Shown here piece by piece: positions 27,444 through 32,000 of a stretch of 32,000 bases of DNA. The stretch is taken from contig LYOS01000001.1 in NCBI GenBank assembly GCA_001766815.1, positions 330,001-362,000 on the forward strand, in the 5' to 3' direction. The notes under the pieces were generated by a model. The model ran no database searches, had not been told where the DNA came from, and saw only the letters and a list, made by a program, of their open reading frames with translations. A program made the translations under genes and the position numbers. This DNA comes from Candidatus Syntropharchaeum caldarium (GTDB lineage: Archaea; Halobacteriota; Syntropharchaeia; Syntropharchaeales; Syntropharchaeaceae). Each line of letters starts with the position of its first letter. Positions within the stretch are counted from its first letter, which is position 1.

Positions 27444-28139
27444 ATGAGAAGAAATACAATCGGTTTGCTCATGATCGCAATTATTTCGATCGGAATATTT
27501 GCACTGCCCCAGACAGCGGCACTCTTCTCTGGACAGCACTCATGGTACAACCTGAGTGATAGTGGAAGTCAGGTGCCGTGTATGAAGTGTCATGGTGATA
27601 TAAACGCAGAGATGATCGATAGCGCAAACGGTGTGCATACAACCCTTGCATCTCCAACCTGTGACTGTCACAGGGTCTCTGGAACGGGCGTCGCAGATGG
27701 TGATGGTACAGGCTCAAACCCAGGTACAACATCCCACGCAGCTGAGACGATCGCATGTATGCTCTGCCATGAGAACAACACCCGCACCGGTGGATCATAT
27801 CCGTTTGCAGGTGGTTTCAACACAACACTGGTCTATCAGGGAACAGGTGCATCAACCCAGTACAATTACTCGTGGGGTGATGGTACAGGCGGTGGCTATG
27901 CTGCACATACCGACTTCCTCAGGGAGTCGATAAACGATTCACTGATGACAGACTCAAACGAAGCATGTATCGCATGCCATACCCGCGTGGGTGTTAACAT
28001 CTCATGGACAAAATCGACGACGATGCACTTCAACGCATCTGAGACCAACCAGGGTGTCTGGACAATCGATGACTTCACAGCGCACGGCAGCAATGTAACA
28101 ACATCCACATACCAGAACAACTGGACAAACAGTTACTGA
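27444..28139 (+). CDS. Secreted or membrane-anchored multihaem c-type cytochrome (3 CxxCH + 1 CxCH)
   Basis: The N-terminal hydrophobic segment is IGLLMIAIISIGIFALPQTAA. The haem motifs are CMKCH, CDCH, CMLCH and CIACH. There are nine N-x-S/T sequons. An alternative start is ATG 27399. Confidence 0.8.
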   Translation: MRRNTIGLLMIAIISIGIFALPQTAALFSGQHSWYNLSDSGSQVPCMKCHGDINAEMIDSANGVHTTLASPTCDCHRVSGTGVADGDGTGSNPGTTSHAAETIACMLCHENNTRTGGSYPFAGGFNTTLVYQGTGASTQYNYSWGDGTGGGYAAHTDFLRESINDSLMTDSNEACIACHTRVGVNISWTKSTTMHFNASETNQGVWTIDDFTAHGSNVTTSTYQNNWTNSY

Positions 28140-28140
28140 T

Positions 28141-28176
28141 GGGGATGTAAAGTCCCCTGTATCTTTTTTATTTTTT
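28141..28176 (+). terminator. Hairpin plus oligo-T terminator downstream of the cytochrome gene
   Basis: The stem is GGGGA (28141-45) and TCCCC (28153-57) with the 7-nt loop TGTAAAG. It is followed by TTTTTT-A-TTTTTT at 28164-28176. Confidence 0.55.
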
Positions 28177-28190
28177 AGATGAACTCATAC

Positions 28191-29072
28191 TCAAAGCGCT
28201 CGCATAAACTCGGGTCTGAGCCCCGCTCCATTTTTTGAAAGAGCAGAATCGATCGTGTGCAGGATTTCATCCTTCTCGTCAGGGAGTATACCTCCGATGG
28301 GCAGGTAGTTTGATGCATGATTTGACCTGAAGAGGGACTTTCTACCAGTAATATCTGTGCATTCGATCATAAGACGCATCTCATGAAGTATCTCTGCTGG
28401 GGAGAGGAGTTCAAACTTTCCTGACCTGATATCACGCTCAAGAGGTGCACCTTTGGGCACCATCAACGTCAGCGCACCGATGTAATGCGGACTGATCTCA
28501 CTGAGGATCTCGCCTGTAGCAATTGCGTGCTCCTTTGACCTCGCTCTTCCACCAAGACCGAGGATAACTGTTGCAGAGAGATTGAACCCAGCACCAATTG
28601 CTTTTAAACCAGCTCTCCTTGTTTCATCTGCTGTAACGCCTTTATTCATCGCTGCAAGGACTGCATCATCCCCGGACTCAATACCAAAGTAGATTAGGCT
28701 CAGACCAGCATCCCTGATCGCTTCAAGCTCATCGGTAGATTTTTCAAGGATATCCTGTGTACAGCCATATGCTGAAACCCGTTCAAGGTTCGGGAAAGCG
28801 TCATAGAGCATCTCAAGGATATGCAGGAGTTCATCTGTCGGTATAGCGAGTGCATTTCCATCAAGCAGAAACACCCTTCTGACCCCTTCTCCGTAGATTG
28901 ATCGAGCAGATCTTATGTCTTCTGCTATCTCATCGAGCGTACGGATCGCAAAATGTTTTCGCTTATATGAAACACAGAACTTACATGTATTGTTTGAGCA
29001 TCCGATGCTTGCCTGCAAAAGCAGACTCCTCGCCTCACTTGGCGGTCTGAATACCGGTTCAACGTACCTCAA
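28191..29072 (-). CDS. Radical SAM enzyme (family not identified)
   Basis: The N-terminus is RYVEPVFRPPSEARSLLLQASIGCSNNTCKFC, which carries a CX4CX2C cluster motif. A TIM-barrel-like body follows (IYFGIESGD, LGLGG). The first in-frame ATG falls well downstream of the Cys motif, so the start must be TTG at 29072. Confidence 0.8.
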   Translation of the reverse strand: MRYVEPVFRPPSEARSLLLQASIGCSNNTCKFCVSYKRKHFAIRTLDEIAEDIRSARSIYGEGVRRVFLLDGNALAIPTDELLHILEMLYDAFPNLERVSAYGCTQDILEKSTDELEAIRDAGLSLIYFGIESGDDAVLAAMNKGVTADETRRAGLKAIGAGFNLSATVILGLGGRARSKEHAIATGEILSEISPHYIGALTLMVPKGAPLERDIRSGKFELLSPAEILHEMRLMIECTDITGRKSLFRSNHASNYLPIGGILPDEKDEILHTIDSALSKNGAGLRPEFMRAL

Positions 29073-29078
29073 ACCTCT

Positions 29079-29534
29079 TCACCCTTCACTCTTCTCATAA
29101 TCGATGAATCTCTTACAGTATTCACTGTTTCTGGCTCGCTCAAGTATCCTGATCGCAAGCTCCCGCTTCTTTGAATAATAATCCTCATAGCTTCCACAGA
29201 TCATTGCTATCACGGGATCACGATTGAAACATCCGCTTCTTCGCATACAGCAGAAGGCAAGTGACTTAAAGCAGACCATCTCATTATCCCAGCCCTTTTC
29301 GCGGCTGAACTCCTGTTTTATCCTGATCAGTTCCTCATCTGTTAGCCCAATTGCTTCCAGAACCTCTTTTCGCCTGCATTTGTAGGCGTATGCAAGTGGA
29401 TACCTCGGATCACAACAAAAAGTTAGTCCTCTTGGATCTCCACCAAAACAGGGTGGTACAGGAGCATTTTTCCAGCCTGGGAGGTCTCTTACCATCTGAG
29501 GACTAAATAAAAGCTCGTTTTTCTCTGCACTCAT
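29079..29534 (-). CDS. Cys-rich small protein (10 Cys, two CF..FCC modules), function unknown
   Basis: PPCFGGDPRGLTFCCDPRYP and MVCFKSLAFCCMRRSGCFNRDP form an internal repeat. The ATG overlaps the map stop (ATGA). It may be related to Cys-rich methanogen-specific marker domains, but that is from memory only. Confidence 0.6.
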   Translation of the reverse strand: MSAEKNELLFSPQMVRDLPGWKNAPVPPCFGGDPRGLTFCCDPRYPLAYAYKCRRKEVLEAIGLTDEELIRIKQEFSREKGWDNEMVCFKSLAFCCMRRSGCFNRDPVIAMICGSYEDYYSKKRELAIRILERARNSEYCKRFIDYEKSEG

Positions 29535-30412
29535 ACCGTTATCACCTCACACCCTTCTTCCATCACAATCATTGTCTCCTCAGCCTGGGAGATCGTGCCG
29601 CCTCCTACCTCCTTCAGTATGGGATATCCATGAAGAATTTTTGCGCGTTCAAGCTCCCGCAGTGCGAGATCGAGCCGTTTCATATCAATCCATCGTTTTG
29701 CAAAAGGAAGCGTCTTGTACGGTGAGATTAGATTGAGAAGTTCTCTTGCATGTCGGGATCTGATCGGTTTTGAGGTAGTGAAGCTGTATATCTCAGTTTT
29801 ACCTTTATCACCCACGCGCCCGATACCGTCTGTGGCAAAAGGTTCAATCGCTATAACATCTCCTGCCTTCAGTTCGGTACCATGATGATGGCGAACATTT
29901 GGGATGGATGGTGGAGCATGCTGGGTGTAGCGTGATAAACCATGACCAGTAAGGTTTGCGACTGGTTTGAAACCAAATGAGTTTATCGTATCCTCGATCA
30001 CTGCCCCGATCTCAGAAGTATTGACGCCAGCATGTATGATCTCGACTGCATTTTCAACAGCCTTTCTCGATGCCTCAACAAGCTCTGGATGATCCCCTAA
30101 ATCGACAGTAAATGCAGTATCTGCGATGTAGCCATCGATATGCGCTCCAAGATCGATCTTCACAACCATCCCTTCTTCAAAGACCTGCTCATCATTCTTT
30201 TCTGGCGTTGCATGCGCTGCAACATCATCTATTGAGATATTGCATGGAAACGCAGGCTCTGCACCACTTTTAAGGATTTCACTTTCGATAAACTCGGCAA
30301 CATCAAGCAGCTTACCTCCTACTATAACCTTCCCTTTTGCTTTATTCTTTACCTCTGCAAGTATCTTTCCTGCTCTTCGATGCTTATCAAGTGCCTCGTC
30401 AAGATCTTTCAT
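29531..30412 (-). CDS. map: Methionine aminopeptidase, type 2 (archaeal)
   Basis: Conserved segments are HRRAGKILAEV, AFPCNISIDDVAAHATP, DLGAHIDGYIADTAFT, LTGHGL and IAIEPFAT. The protein is 293 aa. Confidence 0.9.
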   Translation of the reverse strand: MKDLDEALDKHRRAGKILAEVKNKAKGKVIVGGKLLDVAEFIESEILKSGAEPAFPCNISIDDVAAHATPEKNDEQVFEEGMVVKIDLGAHIDGYIADTAFTVDLGDHPELVEASRKAVENAVEIIHAGVNTSEIGAVIEDTINSFGFKPVANLTGHGLSRYTQHAPPSIPNVRHHHGTELKAGDVIAIEPFATDGIGRVGDKGKTEIYSFTTSKPIRSRHARELLNLISPYKTLPFAKRWIDMKRLDLALRELERAKILHGYPILKEVGGGTISQAEETMIVMEEGCEVITV

Positions 30413-30439
30413 CGTATATTCAGGTAGGGGTGGAGGTAT

Positions 30440-31639
30440 TTATCTCTTCGCCAGTTTTATTCCCACATCTTCAACAATCCTCAATACCTCCCTCACCGGA
30501 AGTCCAACTTCACCCGCTATCCTTCTGCAGTCCTCAAACTCAGGCGAGATATTAATGACCTCACCCGTGAGATCCTCTGCGATCTTGACCTTTGCTTCAA
30601 AGATCTCATTGCAGATAGAAATTTTAACAGTCTCAAGACGCCGTTTCAGGATCAATCTGTGGCTCACCGGCATAACCCTAACACCAAGTGTACCTGTCAG
30701 CTTCATCATCTCTCTGGCAATCTCCATGCCATCCCCGGAATCCACGATGACCTGTATTATATACCCGGGTCTCCCCTTCTTCATCACAACAGGTATGACC
30801 GCAACATCGAGAGCACCAGCTGCGAGTAATGAATCAATGAGGTCACCAAGCACCTCCCCCGTCACGTCATCTACCGTTGTCTCGAGCACCTCGATCGCAT
30901 CGCGAATAAGCACCTCCTCTTTCACTTCGCAGATCACTGCTCGAAGCAGATTCACAACCTCATGATCTCTTGAGCCTGCACCATAGCCGATCCTTTCGAT
31001 CTTCATGGGTGGAAAGTGCTCAGAACACTTTGAGACGAAATCACTCAGTATCGCGGCCCCTGTGGGTGTTAAAAGTTCTGAATCAACAGGCCCTCCTGAC
31101 CATATCAGATTCGACGATCGCAGAATCTCAAGCGTTGCCGGGGCAGGAACCGGCAGTATCCCATGATGATGAGACCTGACAAATCCTCCTCCCACATAAA
31201 CCACGGTTGATAATACTTCCAGGCCGAGATCCATGATCGCTGCAACTGAACCGATAACATCTGCGATCGCATCCAGCTGCCCGACCTCGTGGAAGATCAA
31301 TCTATCACGAGGTATACCATGAACACGCGATTCTGCATCAGCGATACGTTCAAATATTGATATTGCATGATCTAAAAGATCGTCTTCGATCTTACCATTC
31401 CTGAGCAGGGATAAAACCTCAGGATAGGTTCGCTTCGCATGGTCTGAAGTCTCAACGATCACCTGCTTTGCAGCAATTCCGCCTCGTTTTACATCCTGTA
31501 TCTTAATTACAACCTTATCGCCACAGATTGCAGAAACCGCTCCACGCACCGCCTCAGGGTCTGCCCCAAGATCGATGAGTGAAGCGAGGATCATATCCCC
31601 TGATGCACCCGAGAATGGATTGAAAAGTAAGCATTTCAT
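30440..31639 (-). CDS. larC: LarC-family (DUF111) nickel insertion protein
   Basis: The N-terminus is FNPFSGASGDMILASLIDLGAD. The 399-aa length fits the family. The ATG overlaps the rnp4 stop (ATGA). Confidence 0.85.
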   Translation of the reverse strand: MKCLLFNPFSGASGDMILASLIDLGADPEAVRGAVSAICGDKVVIKIQDVKRGGIAAKQVIVETSDHAKRTYPEVLSLLRNGKIEDDLLDHAISIFERIADAESRVHGIPRDRLIFHEVGQLDAIADVIGSVAAIMDLGLEVLSTVVYVGGGFVRSHHHGILPVPAPATLEILRSSNLIWSGGPVDSELLTPTGAAILSDFVSKCSEHFPPMKIERIGYGAGSRDHEVVNLLRAVICEVKEEVLIRDAIEVLETTVDDVTGEVLGDLIDSLLAAGALDVAVIPVVMKKGRPGYIIQVIVDSGDGMEIAREMMKLTGTLGVRVMPVSHRLILKRRLETVKISICNEIFEAKVKIAEDLTGEVINISPEFEDCRRIAGEVGLPVREVLRIVEDVGIKLAKR

Positions 31640-31956
31640 GGTTTTGCATCCCGCTTAGGTCTGTATGGCAATCGCATAACTCTCCCGCACTCAAGGCATG
31701 TCGTTGTGATGTAACCGCGCCTGCTCTGAAGTCTTACTCTTGCGTTTTTTCCAGGGATCAGAAAGACAGAACAACCCCTGCACATATGTTGCTTCAAATC
31801 CCGCGGAATCCTCACGCGGTGCCGCATCCCGATCCGCTTTGCAAGTTGTAGATAACGCCTGCTTCGCTCAGGACACTCCTCTGCAAGCTCAAAGAGGCGA
31901 ATAATCCGTTCAAATGCGATCTTTCTGATCTTTGTCTTCTGTTTCCTGCGTTTCAT
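31636..31956 (-). CDS. rnp4: RNase P protein component 4 (Rpr2/Rpp21 family)
   Basis: The N-terminus is basic and helical (IAFERIIRLFELAEE..YLQLAKRIGMRHRVRIP). The zinc ribbon is CRGCSVFL..CLECG. Confidence 0.85.
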   Translation of the reverse strand: MKRRKQKTKIRKIAFERIIRLFELAEECPERSRRYLQLAKRIGMRHRVRIPRDLKQHMCRGCSVFLIPGKNARVRLQSRRGYITTTCLECGRVMRLPYRPKRDAKP

Positions 31957-32000
31957 TCCTGATCTCAGAAACCTTACTCTTTTTATACAAGAAGATTAAA

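Noticed and set aside
27481-27933. ORFs 27481-27798 (-) and 27631-27933 (+) overlapping the cytochrome gene
   Set aside because: They have no motifs and sit in alternative frames of a gene with clear haem-binding motifs, an SD and a terminator.
29079-29081. Selenocysteine decoding of the in-frame TGA between the Cys-rich and radical SAM ORFs
   Set aside because: I cannot identify a SECIS element by eye. Known archaeal Sec usage is restricted to a few lineages (Methanococcales, Methanopyrus). The radical SAM family N-terminus (xYVxPxFRPPSEA) starts right after the TGA, so a separate protein with a TTG start is the simpler reading.
30240-30965. 241-aa + strand ORF antisense to map and larC
   Set aside because: It is a Ser/Thr/Ile-rich low-complexity translation with no recognisable motif. 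It lies opposite two confidently identified genes, so it is treated as an antisense artefact.
1-32000. Pyrrolysine (in-frame TAG) recoding
   Set aside because: TAG terminates at least eight confidently called genes at full-length positions (stops at 361, 3332, 5998, 12971, 18127, 19183, 20232 and 22002). No ORF appears split by an amber codon, and no methylamine methyltransferase genes are present.
1-32000. CRISPR arrays, IS elements, integrases, prophage or defence islands
   Set aside because: I noticed no spaced direct repeats, terminal inverted repeats, transposase/integrase-like ORFs or known defence gene signatures. The tRNA cluster is flanked by housekeeping genes, not by an integrase.

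Overview
This is a very gene-dense chromosomal segment of a euryarchaeon. By my calls only about 1.1 kb of the 32 kb is intergenic. The gene content includes aEF-2, TFS, MBF1, fibrillarin, the RNase P Rpr2/Rpp21 subunit, archaeal-type ProRS and MetAP2, a CooC-like ATPase, LarC, an AIR-synthase-like protein of the 'methanogenesis marker 2' type, Ni/Co ECF uptake genes and a c-type multihaem cytochrome. That combination suggests a methanogen or ANME-like member of the Methanosarcinales-type lineage, but this is inference only. I call 34 CDS, 3 tightly packed tRNAs (Thr-GGU, Arg-UCG, Arg-CCG), one hairpin plus oligo-T terminator, and a few TATA and Shine-Dalgarno elements. Several first genes have a TATA box about 26 nt upstream of the start codon, which suggests leaderless mRNAs. 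Internal operon genes are joined by ATGA/GTGA overlaps. I saw no CRISPR array, transposase, integrase, prophage or recognisable defence island. Most genes are housekeeping, and I cannot point to one unambiguous novel system. The candidates I consider most worth follow-up are: (1) a window-wide ~5-fold excess of GATC in all codon phases; (2) a divergent pair made of an RHH-fused PurM-like protein and a coiled-coil Vms1/eRF1-like GxxQ protein; (3) an orphan Rad50 embedded in a glycosyltransferase/EF-2/TFS co-directional gene array; (4) an N-terminally truncated fibrillarin without Nop5; (5) a NikK-CbiM-NikL-CbiQ metal-uptake cluster with no ATPase gene and an N-terminal-His theme; (6) a tRNA cluster ending 16 nt before an Lhr helicase start; (7) a small, heavily sequon-decorated multihaem cytochrome with a CxCH site; (8) an rnp4-larC-map-(Cys-rich)-(radical SAM) operon whose last two ORFs share a frame across a single TGA.
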